Assembly (NCBI RefSeq): GCF_035594765.1
Contig: NC_085844.1
Coordinates: forward strand, 157,434,107 to 157,498,106
Direction of reading: 5' to 3'
Length of the DNA: 64,000 nucleotides
Source of the DNA: Anolis carolinensis
Lineage: Eukaryota
Shown in pieces: positions 53,387 through 64,000 of this stretch (its first letter is position 1; every line of letters starts with the position of its first letter). Position numbers and translations under genes: made by a program. The notes below the pieces were generated by a model. It ran no database searches. It saw only the letters and a program-made list of their open reading frames with translations, and had not been told where the DNA came from.

Positions 53387-55359
53387 GTCTAGTGTGTACC
53401 TGGTTTCGTTGCCTTGGGAGTCAAATGGTTTGAAAAACCTATAATAAAAATAGATTTTGAAGTATTTAGGTTTGGTCAAACATCCCTCTTTCTCTGTTAA
53501 AAATCTGTAGGATTTTTCCATCCTAGTTATGAAAAGATTGCTGAATATTTATAACAAATGCAGTTCTCAACCATCTGCATTGGTCAGATTCAGTAAATAG
53601 AGCTCTTCTGGGCATGCTAAAAACTATGTAGTACCAGCCTCCCACACAGCTATTAAAGGTGAGGTAGTTATCAGAAAAATGATATTGTACACTTTATTCA
53701 GCTCCATAAATGTGACATCTGAATTCAAATCAAGACCTTTAAGAGCTAGGCACTCATAGCTTTCTGCCTGGATGGGCAAATCTGACAGTTTTGCTTTCAC
53801 CCACATTTGAATAGTTTAAGACTCAAGTTCTTTCTACTGCACTGATGAAGTAATTTGCACATTTTTCAAAGTTCTTGTTAAAAAAACCTGAACTGAACAA
53901 AATTCTTGTCCATCCCTAATTGGTTAATAAGTGGCAGCTCATGGCCAATTTCCAAGGATAATCATTAGTTATCATTCACTCGAGGCCATTTTAGTACCAA
54001 TTATGATTGCTATAGATCAGAAAAAGGTGGCTGCCAGGGGTGGGGGGTGGGAGGCATTTGTTCGGATATTAGCTAAGGTATCTTGCCCAGGGAAGAAAGG
54101 AAGAACAAAAGTAATGATATAAGTATGGCCTGGAAGAAGACAGATGGTGGTGTGGAGTTGTATGGTCCCAGAAAAGAAGGGTGGTGGTGCTGGAATAAAG
54201 GACAAATGCAGATGTGTCATGTGTGCATATTTTTAAGAAAAGGCAGTGTGGAAGTTATTATTATCATATTAAATAATGGATCCCTTCAAAACCTTTGCCT
54301 TAAACTGGTTATGGAAGCCTCTGTAGCTTCCCTTTATCACCCTCAAATCATATTTGAAATGGAATTGAAATGGAACAATATGAAATAATACAAACAAATT
54401 TCTACCTGATATCAAGTGAATGTGTGTGTGTGTGTGTGTGTGTATTTCAATGTTCCTTGAGAGCAGAAAGATGTATTTTATAGCTTAGTAGCATCTTTTC
54501 AAATGCTACATTTCAGAACAGGAGGGTGACCAATTTAAATGAAAATTATTGCCCCCTCCCAATGCTCTTTCTTCTGCTTTGTGGATTTCTCTCACCCCAA
54601 CCACCTTACCATTCTCCTTCTGCAGATGTCTAATTTCTGCTTTTGTTCCCAAGCCTTTTTCAACATCTTTGGCTCTGGACTTTCAGAGACTAGAAAATGA
54701 AGGGTTATCAAATGAGCCGGCTGCCTTAAATTATTGATACTCCCCCACCCCTTCTTGTATTCCTTCCCTTGATGTTTTGGATCAGAAACACACTTCTGCG
54801 TATAAATGTCTTCCAGGGAGAGAAGTGTTTGAAAGAAACAAACCTGAAGTTGCTAACAATTGGAAGGCCAGAATGTCCAAGGCAAGGGCTTGGCTTCATT
54901 TGTGGCATTGCATAGGGAATATTTAAAATAAGTGCTACCAATGGGCTCATTCACATGGATGGCTGCTGGGAGGCAGCATCTGTCTTTGCAATTCTGTTGG
55001 CATTACTGCAGCCGGCTAACATGTGCAAATAATTGATCATATGGCCTGTGCAGTGTGGGTGGATGAGAAATCATGGAAGGTTGTAGCCTTTGATTTTCAG
55101 AAACAAAATGGTATAGTATTTCTTTCTTTCTTTATTCATTTGTCTCTTTATTGCCTTTCTAAACATTTTTCTTGTTAGATAAAAAGGCTATATACAATCG
55201 ATAAAAAAGAGAGTACCTGCCTGCAGGTTTCCAATCTAAGAAAACTGTGGCACAAAAGGAAAGGGGATGGGTAAAGAAGAGCAAGGGAAAGAATGTAGAG
55301 CCTTTCACAGGATTTGTAGGGTCACAATTTTGTTCTGCGTTGACCAGATCTCTTTCAGT

Positions 55360-55835
55360 ACAGTGGCCATTTCGGGACACCACAGTTTAAGGAAAATATG
55401 GACAAGCTGTCCAGGGAAGTGTAGCCATTAGCCAAGATGATCCAAGGTCTGGAAACCAACCCTTCTAAGGAATGATCTAGAAAGCTGGGTATGTTATGCT
55501 TGGAGAAGAGAAGACTGAAAAATGACATGATAGCCATCTTTCAATTGCTGAAGGGATGTCCTGTAGGAGATGGAACATACTTGTTTCTTACTGCTTTAGA
55601 AAGTACAATGGGAACCAATGGTTTCAAAGAACAAGAACAAGAAACACCACCTACACATTAGAAAGAAATTTTTAACTGTAAGATCAGTTTTACAGTGGAC
55701 TGCCTTGAAGAATCATGGACTCTTCTTCTTTGGAAGTCTTCAAACACAAGTTCATTTTTGTTTTAGTTGTGTCCAAACAGAGTTTGGAGTAGATGGTCAT
55801 TGTACTCTATTCCAACACTAAGATTCGATTATTCA
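55360..55835 (+). mobile_element. Old CR1 3' fragment
   Basis: Degenerate homology to CR1 3' end (ccaagatgatccaaggtctggaaaccaa, gagaagagaagactga..gacatgatagcc, acattagaaagaaatttttaactgtaaga, ttccaac..attcgattattc). Confidence 0.8.
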
Positions 55836-55955
55836 TGCTTTCTCTCTAGAGCATCAATATGCTGTGAATTAGCAGGTGACAGCCCTTCCCAGCAGGCTTG
55901 TATTTCTTCCTGTGTGTGTGTGTGAGCGAGAGAACTGCTACCTCTCTCAATTGGC

Positions 55956-55956
<1 letters not shown>

Positions 55957-55989
<33 letters not shown>

Positions 55990-56055
55990 ATGCCTTTAAG
56001 CCACTTTGAGTCTCCTTGTGGAGAGAAAAAGCAGGATATAAATAAACATAATAAC

Positions 56056-56088
<33 letters not shown>

Positions 56089-56110
56089 CATCATCATCAT
56101 CATCATCAAC
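55957..56110. repeat. (TTG)n, short L2-type tail, (AAT)n(CAT)n microsatellite cluster
   Basis: Direct reading. Confidence 0.85.
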
Positions 56111-56112
56111 AT

Positions 56113-56310
56113 CATTGTTTACTACTCATGGCAACACTATCATGGAGAGATGGCAAAATTTGGCAAAATTTGTTCAGAGTGGAGCTGCCATTGTCTTCCC
56201 TGAGGATGAGTGGCTTCCCCAAGATCTCCCAGCGGGTTTCTATGGCTGTGAAGGAATTAAAACCCTTGAGTCCTAGACTAACACTTAAACTATTATACCA
56301 TACTGGTCAC
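56113..56310 (-). mobile_element. Old tRNA-derived SINE
   Basis: Same motifs as 5165 and 53015 copies. Confidence 0.5.
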
Positions 56311-59300
56311 TTAAGATGTAAGATTTTTATTTTTGTATATGTATGTGCAAGCCTTCAAGTTACCTGCTGCTTATGGCAACCTCATGCTGACTCAGAAATC
56401 TACATTTTGTTTTAAGATTGCACAAGAGGCCAGAAGGGATAGGATATTTTCTCTGATCTTTAAAGTTTTATTGTATATGGTCAGGCAAGAAGCAATGAAA
56501 ATTGTGACTTTTCCATCTGTAGCATGTGTAATGGGTTAACTGGAAACACTACTGTCAATACTGTGTGAAGAAGGGTTATTCCAATGGCCGAACTTACATC
56601 TACCAGAGCCTAGAATGCCCTGATTTCTCCTATTTCCAAGGTGTGAGAATACAGCATGCCTGTGATGTGTGCGATCACATAATATATTCTATGATGCTGG
56701 ATGGAGTTGTGTGGGGAATCCTCTTATCATTCCCCTATGCTACCAAAATATTCCTAATCCTATGACCACTTGCTATTATATTTCTTATTGCAAAAAATGA
56801 GAAGAGAAGGAAAATTAACAGAAATTAAGAGAAATTAAAAGGTAGGCAGGAGGAAAGATAAAAATAAATTGATTGCCTTTTTTAAAGGATAGTTGAAGAT
56901 AGAGCCTTGCCCTATACCTTCCAAATTAGTTGCTGGAGAAACCATTGTCTTGTTTATACTTGTCAGTTCTGTGTGATATATTACAGCTAATAAAATGATG
57001 GTCTCACCAAAATATTGACAAGCATGTTGGCACTGTTCCTGAAGTGTGCTGGCACCATGGAGTACACTAGTCATTACAAAACGTGGTGCTAAAGCAGTAC
57101 TTTCTCGATGCCAGGTGAACCCTGCAGAGGAGAGGGCAAAAAGTGTGCAGAATGCAGTTGACAAAACCTTTTGCAACACTATTGGATCAAAAACAGCTAG
57201 ACATATTTTCAGTTTTCAATTCAGACAGCAGGATGCTGATGGTGTGTGCATAAAAATCTGTCACACTGGGGTACAGGAGCCAGACAAGCAGGAAAGGTAA
57301 AAAAGTAGAGACAAAAATGTTCTATTCTTTTATCTTTTTATTTTAAGAAATATCCTTGTTCAAAATTAAACCTTGTATTACCAACCAAATACACATACAC
57401 ATAAACATGCACACTTCCAATTCACATTTCAATTTTCTAGTGCACAAAATATATTCAGCTACACTTTAGAACAATGCCTGCAGTGATCCAACTGCTCTAT
57501 CACAGTATACATGTATGTATTGCAGTCTTTTCCTCATTTGAATCCCAATTTGGGGAAAAGGGTGAGCACATCCTTATCTTCATCCTCATCCTCACCGTCT
57601 GTGCTGATAAATTGATAGGACATATTAAAGGTAGAATAAGAAACATATCCACATATATTCCAGAAGAGGGATATCATACTGGACTCTTTGTGTCCTTGAG
57701 TGAACAAAGAGCTTCTTATTAGTTTACAAAGAAACTCGACAATGTCTTTGCAGTTTTTCAATGCACCTTTTTGGTCAATTGGTTAACACTTTTTCCACCA
57801 CCAAACTACTTGAAAGCAATATTTTTCTGTAGTGTTTTGGTGGACGTAATGTTGCCACCTAAATACCTCGTATTTCACCTGCAGCCACTTCCCATCCTTC
57901 CCAAAATACTAAATACAATATGACAATAAAATCAGTTTGGAGTGAATAGGAGCCAGCCTACAAAGTGAGGTGACATGTTGTTCTTGGTTTTTAAACTGTA
58001 TGTTACCTTAATGTTGAATATGATGAATTGTTAGCCCCTTTAGTTGAAAAAGAGGCTGGCATATTTAAAATAAATAATAGCAAAACCCATCTTTGGATGT
58101 ATGTATGCTTATACATACTCCCTTGTGGAGTAGTAGCAGTTCTGTAGAAGCTTTGCACTCTTTTACCTTTACTCTTTTAAGCCTTGGAATCCCAACATTT
58201 CTGATGGGGAAAAGGGGGTAAACTAAAACTATGATGCTTAACCTCATCCAGGCATTTTAATTTTGTTACGGAAATAAACTTACAAGATTTTACCACATTG
58301 TGACCTGAAGAGTTATAAACAAACATGTCCCTGAACTTTAGCAAATTTGCCCATCTTGCTTCTCCCCTCTTTGTCTGTTAAGCAGAGCAAGAATTGATGG
58401 GTTGTCCTCATAAATTTATTGCATTATTGCTGGTCACTTCTTTGTCACTGTTGTTTGTAGACAGCTGCACAAAGCAAACATTCCCTCTTATGAGAGCATG
58501 TGATTTCTGACTCTTAAGTGTCTGAATAGTGTGGAATATCTTTAATTCTGCACCCATGAACACTTCAATAAATAATGAAATGTTGTTGTACTCTGAAATA
58601 CATTTGAATCTCATTGTGTATATACTTAGTGAAGAGTTTTTTATGGTTCTTATTATTGTCCTATGTTTCATTGAAAGATTGGAGCTAGCCAATCAAGTTA
58701 GAATTAGAGCCACTGTCTATTTCATTCATAGTTTCTGTTTCTCCATTTACTTCCAACTAGGTATTAGCATTGATTGGATCCAGACTTAGTCATACTTTTA
58801 TAGACTCATTAAAATCAATGAGACATAAGCTAATTGTAACCAATTCAGGAGCCATTGATTTCAATGTGGCTGCTGTTTTGTACGACTAAGTCTGGATCCA
58901 GGTGATAATCTTCAGTCAGAAGGGACGTTTTCCAGGCACATTTTATGTGAGCTTCATAGCAGGAGTTACCTTAAAAATTCAGTTTTAGGGGAATAAAAGG
59001 ATTTTTGCAAAAAGGTTTTTCTCTTAACAAAGCTAAAAGAATGTTGCTTTTGGTTGGAGATTAATGTTAACAATAACATATTCTTCCAGCGCTCTCACTT
59101 GCTTTCATTAATTATTTTTCTATAGGGACCAGATTGTACTTGAAAATGACTTTTTTTCAAAAGAGGCAGCTATAGCAACAGAAGTTAGAGATGGAAAATT
59201 CCTTACAGGTCATTTAGTGCATTTCTTTGCTAATACAGCATTGCTCCCTGTGGTATTTTTAAAAAGGCTATTTTTCAGTGCTTTGCCAAGTTCCATTTTA

Positions 59301-60012
59301 AATGACTCACACAAAATGGGGCTTTTGTAGTCACAGGTAAATGTGTTCTATAGTGTTCTTGATGATAGTTATGGCAAACTAGGATGTATTGCAGGACAAT
59401 AAACAGAGAAAGGTCTTGGTTTGCAGTTTGATGTATCTCTGTTATTCCCAAACCATTCTGAGATCGTGTTTTCTCCTTCACAAATTACATTGTTAAGGTG
59501 CATATTGCTACATATGTCTGAGCATCCTTACTCATTTGATGAGAAAGCTGATATAAATAGGTTATGTTTTCTTCAAGAAGAATTGACCCTCCACTTTCAT
59601 CTCAAAGTATTTTCCTTTCCATAACCTGGGGCAAGAATATCATAAAGGATACAAACAAAGCAAAATACTCTTTGTTGGCCCACTTGGAAAAAAAATTCAA
59701 CACCCACAATCAGGTAAACATGGAAAATAGAAACTGAGCAAGTTTGAGTAGCGCAGAAAATGTTCTGGTTATGGGTGTGTTGGAATGCGCTAAGGACACA
59801 AATGAGAGGCGAATTCACTAAAGAATCCAATAGGAATCAGTTAGGGAAACTATATAATGTAGTCAGGGCAGATCTGTTTAGAGCTTTTGGAGCTGTGCAT
59901 GAGGAAAGAGTTCAGGACTTTCCTGTTTAACATATGTTATCTAATAAATGTTCACTTGTTTTACCTTCTACAACTGGAGCTTACATTTTCATTTAATAAT
60001 TGATTAGAAGAC

Positions 60013-60262
60013 TAGAATCATAGAATCATAGAATAGTAGAGTTGGAAGAGACCTCATGGGCCATCCAGTCCAACCCCCTGCCAAGAAGCAGGAAATCGCA
60101 TTCAAAGCACCCCCGACAGATGGCCATCCAGCCTCTGTTTAAAAGCTTCCAAAGAAGGAGCCTCCACCACAGTCCGGGGCAGAGAGTTCCACTGCCGAAC
60201 AGCCCTCACTGTGAGGAAGTTCTTCTTAATGTTCAGGTGGAATCTCCTTTCCTGTAGTTTGA
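60013..60262 (-). mobile_element. CR1 3'-terminal fragment (250 bp) with (TTCTATGA)n tail
   Basis: Near-identical to 9570-9812 and 40867-41032. Confidence 0.95.
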
Positions 60263-60675
60263 TCCCAGAAGGGCAGTTGGTTCTCGCAGAAGCAGAGGAA
60301 GCAGGAGGACATTTTTGCTCCCTGGCTTCAGGTAGGATTTGGCTAAGATTTGGCTAAGATTTTAAACTGAGTTTGGGCTTGGCTCCTGTGGTCAAAGTCT
60401 AACTGTTGTGTGACTGTGTGTTGAAAGAGAGCCAGGTACTTAAGTTGATTGACAGCAGGCATTGTCCCCTGTTAATTGAGTTTCTGGGAAAGCTTTATTT
60501 GCCAGTGTGAGTTTCTGCCAGAGCCTGATCCCAGAAGGGCAGTTGGTTCTCGCAGAAGCAGAGGAAGCAGGAGGACATTTTTGCTCCCTGGCTTCAGGTA
60601 GGATTTGGCTAAGATTTGGCTAAGATTTTAAACTGAGTTTGGGCTTGGCTCCTGTGGTCAAAGTCTAACTGTTGT
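60260..60675 (+). repeat. CR1 5'UTR tandem repeat (266-bp unit plus 150-bp partial unit), putative internal promoter
   Basis: tgatcccagaagggc... starts at 60260 and again at 60526; second copy matches to 60675. Confidence 0.85.
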
Positions 60676-60835
60676 AGAAAAGGCACCTTTACTAACTATC
60701 CTTTGCAGTACATACAGGAAACAAAGCAACATAAACAAATACACAAAGACGTGGTTTGTTGCAGTCTGCACATAAAGTGCGTGCATATTACTTAACTGTA
60801 CAAAGATCCCACTTGGCCACCACGCTCACCAAGAG

Positions 60836-62107
60836 ATGCAACAAAAGCAAAACATTCCCATCACATGCACCAGCTGTCGCATGTTCCGCTTTTTCACACA
60901 AAAACTAGACAACTACATCTGCTCCAAATGCAAACAGATGACTCTGATGGAGCAGAGGATCCAACAGCTCGAGCACCGTATTAAGACCCTTAAGGACATT
61001 CAGGCACTCGAGCTCTTCTTGGACACTGCACAACACGCTGCTGTAGATCAGCAGCCTGCATCACACCAACACCACCAAGACCATGATCAGGAACCTTATG
61101 GGGAGATCAACTCAAAGGTAGACAACCCTCAGGCTTGGAAGGAGGTCACCCATAGAAGGAGACGCAGGACCAGGCAGCCTCCACAGAACTCCTCTGCTCA
61201 GCTGCATTTACACAACAGATTTGAAATTCTTACATCATTAACATACAATCAGGAAACACATCTTGTGGAGGACCACAGTTTCTTAGATACCACTCAGTGG
61301 ACCATCCTGGATCAATGCGCAGGGGATAGCCCTGACAGGGACAGTGCATCACCACAGTCACACTTATGTAATCATGCAAATGCTCCATCCCCAATCATAG
61401 ACCAGGAGCAACAGGAACATCCTTGGGAGAGTAATGGGCTCTCGGATGTATCTCAATGGATTGTCATTGATGAATGCACTGGGGATGTTGAGGAGGAGGA
61501 CAACACTTTACACCTACATGATTCACTTCAACAGGAACACTCTTCAGGGGACATACACACTGTCTTGCACAAAAGGGACCCTGTCAATCCTCAAAGGAAA
61601 CAGGTCTTGGTAGTAGGTGACTCCCTCCTTAGAGGAACGGAAGCCATCATTTCCAGACCGGATGGGATGGCTCGAGAAACATGCTGCCTCCCGGGGGCAA
61701 AAATACACCATATCACTCAGAGGCTCAGCAGGCTCCTAAAGCCCCATCACCCTCCCCACCTTATGTTGATTCATGTAGGTACCAATGACACCGCTAGGCA
61801 TACTTTTCAAAAGATCACAAATGATTTTCGAGCTCTGGGAACAAAGCTAAAACTGTATAATGTACATGTGATCTTTTCATCCCTCCTCCCCGTTGTAGGA
61901 CATGGCTCTACAAGGGCCGGAAAAATAGTACAGGTCAATAACTGGCTCAGAAAATGGTGTCAAGAGGAGCATTTTGGCTTCCTTGACCATGGTCTACTCT
62001 TCCAAGAGGATGGACTACTGGCAAGCGATGGGGTGCATCTCACACAAGTAGGAAAACATCTTTTTGCACACAGACTCACAAACCTCATCAGGCGCACTTT
62101 AAACTAA
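60836..62107 (+). CDS. CR1 ORF1p: N-terminal CxxC..CxxC zinc finger/coiled coil and C-terminal SGNH/GDSL esterase domain
   Basis: 423 aa; CTSC..CSKC, heptad MEQRIQQLEHRIKTL, blocks VVGDSLLRG, PGA, HVGTND, DGVHL. Confidence 0.93.
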   Translation: MQQKQNIPITCTSCRMFRFFTQKLDNYICSKCKQMTLMEQRIQQLEHRIKTLKDIQALELFLDTAQHAAVDQQPASHQHHQDHDQEPYGEINSKVDNPQAWKEVTHRRRRRTRQPPQNSSAQLHLHNRFEILTSLTYNQETHLVEDHSFLDTTQWTILDQCAGDSPDRDSASPQSHLCNHANAPSPIIDQEQQEHPWESNGLSDVSQWIVIDECTGDVEEEDNTLHLHDSLQQEHSSGDIHTVLHKRDPVNPQRKQVLVVGDSLLRGTEAIISRPDGMARETCCLPGAKIHHITQRLSRLLKPHHPPHLMLIHVGTNDTARHTFQKITNDFRALGTKLKLYNVHVIFSSLLPVVGHGSTRAGKIVQVNNWLRKWCQEEHFGFLDHGLLFQEDGLLASDGVHLTQVGKHLFAHRLTNLIRRTLN

Positions 62108-62140
62108 ATCCGCTGGGGGAGGGGAACAACAGCCTGGCGA
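62098..62140 (+). promoter_or_regulatory. Putative -1 programmed ribosomal frameshift signal (U_UUA_AAC plus downstream G-rich stem)
   Basis: ORF1 codons ACT TTA AAC TAA; -1 frame TTT AAA CTA AAT.. is ORF2; conserved at 43741-43747 (minus). Confidence 0.55.
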
Positions 62141-64000
62141 ACACTATATTACCCACGACCACAGGGAACCGCCGAAAGGCTAAAAGGAGGGCTGCACAAA
62201 CACAGCAAGGACCAAGTACAGAGAGCACAATAATCCCAAATAAACAGTTCGAGGGGAGGTCACAGGGGCTTACATGTCTTTACACTAATGCTCAGAGCAT
62301 GGGAAATAAGCAAGACGAACTCCAACTCCTAGCACAGCACCACACATACGATGTCATAGGCATCACTGAAACCTGGTGGGATGACTCCCATCACTGGAAT
62401 TTAACCATTGAGGGCTATAACCTCTTTCACATAAATAGAACAAAGGGGAGAGGAGGGGGAGTAGCTTTATATGTCAAAAACAGTTACGTTGCAGAAGAAA
62501 TGCAAGACTGTAATCCGGGAAACCAGCTTGAAAGCATCTGGATAAGAATCAAGGGAACCGGGACTCAAAAAGATCTTGTCGTGGGTGTCTACTACAGACC
62601 TCCGAGTCAGGATGAAGGACTTGATGAAGCCTTCTGTCAACAGCTGACCAAACAGGCACAAAGAAGAGATATAGTAGTCATGGGCGATTTCAATTATCCC
62701 GATATCTGCTGGAAAACAAACTCAGCCAAGAGTACAAAGTCCAACAAATTCCTCACTTGCCTTGCAGATAATTTTATGGTCCAGAAGGTAGAAGAGGCAA
62801 CAAGGGGATCAGCAACTCTTGATCTAATCTTAACAAATGTGGAAGACCTGATCAATACAGTTGAAGTGGTTGGATCCTTAGGGGCAAGTGACCATGTGCT
62901 CCTGCAGTTTGCAATACAAAGGAATGCTGAAACTAAGACAAGTCAAACACGCATTCTGGACTTTAAGAGAGCTGACTTCCAAAAAATGAAGGAATTACTG
63001 AGCGGCATTCCATGGACGCCGATATTAAAAAACAAGGGAGTTAAGCATGGATGGGAGTTTTTCAAAAGTGAAATACTCAAGGCGCAAATGCAAACAGTGC
63101 CAACAAAGAAGAAAAATAAGACAAGTGCAAAGAAGCCAGAATGGATGTCCAAAGAACTTCTAACTGAGCTAAAGCTCAAAAGTGACATGCACAAGAAGTG
63201 GAAAAGGGGAGAAATCACCAAAGAAGAATTCAAACGTATAGCCAACTCCTGTAGGGAAAAGGTTCGCAAGGCTAAAGCGCAAAATGAGCTCAGGCTTGCC
63301 AGGGACATAAAAAACAACAAAAAAGGTTTTTTTGCTTATGTTGGTAGAAAAAGGAAGAAAAAGGAGGCGATAGGGCCACTGCAAGGAGTAGATGGGGTGA
63401 TGGTGACAGGGGATAGGGAAAAGGCAGAACTGCTTAATGCCTTCTTTGCCTCGGTCTTCTCACAAAAAGAAAGCCATCTTCAACCTCAGCAACATGGAAT
63501 GGACGAAGGATTGGGGGAAATCCAACCCCAAATAGGGAAACAAGTTGTCCAGGAACACCTGGCCACTCTAAATGAATTCAAGTCCCCAGGGCCAGATCAG
63601 CTACACCCAAGAGTACTGAAGGAACTAGCGGAAGTTATTTCAGAACCACTGGCAATTATCTTCGAGAGTTCTTGGAGAACAGGAGAAGTCCCAGCAGATT
63701 GGAGGAGGGCGAATGTGGTCCCTATCTTCAAGAAGGGAAAAAAGAACGACCCAAACAATTACCGTCCGGTCAGCCTCACATCAATACCAGGCAAGATTCT
63801 GGAAAAGATCATTAAGGAAGTGGTCTGCAAACACTTAGAAACAAATGCGGTCATTGCTAATAGTCAACACGGATTTACCAAAAACAAGTCATGCCAGACT
63901 AATCTGATCTCTTTTTTCGATAGAGTTACGAGTTGGGTCGATACAGGGAATGCCGTGGATGTAGCATATCTAGATTTCAGTAAGGCCTTCGACAAAGTCC
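62098..64000 (+). CDS. CR1 ORF2p (APE endonuclease + reverse transcriptase), partial, runs off window; start uncertain (first ATG 62299)
   Basis: Hand translation is stop-free from 61987 to 64000: CLYTNAQS, ITETW, YRPP, GDFN, DLIL, SDH, PGPD, NYRPVSLT, YLDFSKAFDKV. Absent from the ORF track because it has no stop in the window. Confidence 0.95.

Larger units (their letters stand above)
60260..64000 (+). mobile_element. Apparently full-length CR1 LINE (continues beyond window)
   Basis: 5' tandem repeats, intact ORF1, uninterrupted ORF2. Confidence 0.97.

Noticed and set aside
53660-53682. let-7-like TGAGGTAGTT
   Set aside because: Only the first 9-10 nt match; no mature let-7 3' half or evident precursor hairpin

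Overview
Vertebrate (non-avian reptile) genomic DNA. The repeat inventory (CR1 with (TTCTATGA)n tail, L2, BovB/RTE, Penelope-derived, hAT/Harbinger/Tc1 MITEs, Helitrons) points to a squamate, most likely an Anolis lizard (inference from repeat recognition). No host protein-coding gene could be assigned. The window is AT-rich intronic/intergenic sequence with many transposable elements and one 195-N gap. The only intact long ORFs belong to an apparently full-length CR1 LINE at 60260->64000: ORF1 (Zn-finger/coiled coil + SGNH esterase) and ORF2 (APE endonuclease + RT, open to the window edge). Top observation: ORF1 ends in the canonical -1 frameshift heptamer U_UUA_AAC immediately before its stop. 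A -1 slip lands exactly in ORF2, whose first endonuclease motif lies upstream of the first AUG, and the heptamer is conserved in a diverged CR1 copy in the window. Other notable structures: three non-autonomous Helitrons built from captured TE fragments, a Penelope-derived palindrome with hammerhead-ribozyme-like cores, a head-to-head CR1 junction, a GC-rich hAT carrying about 10 GC-box motifs, and several multi-level nested insertions.
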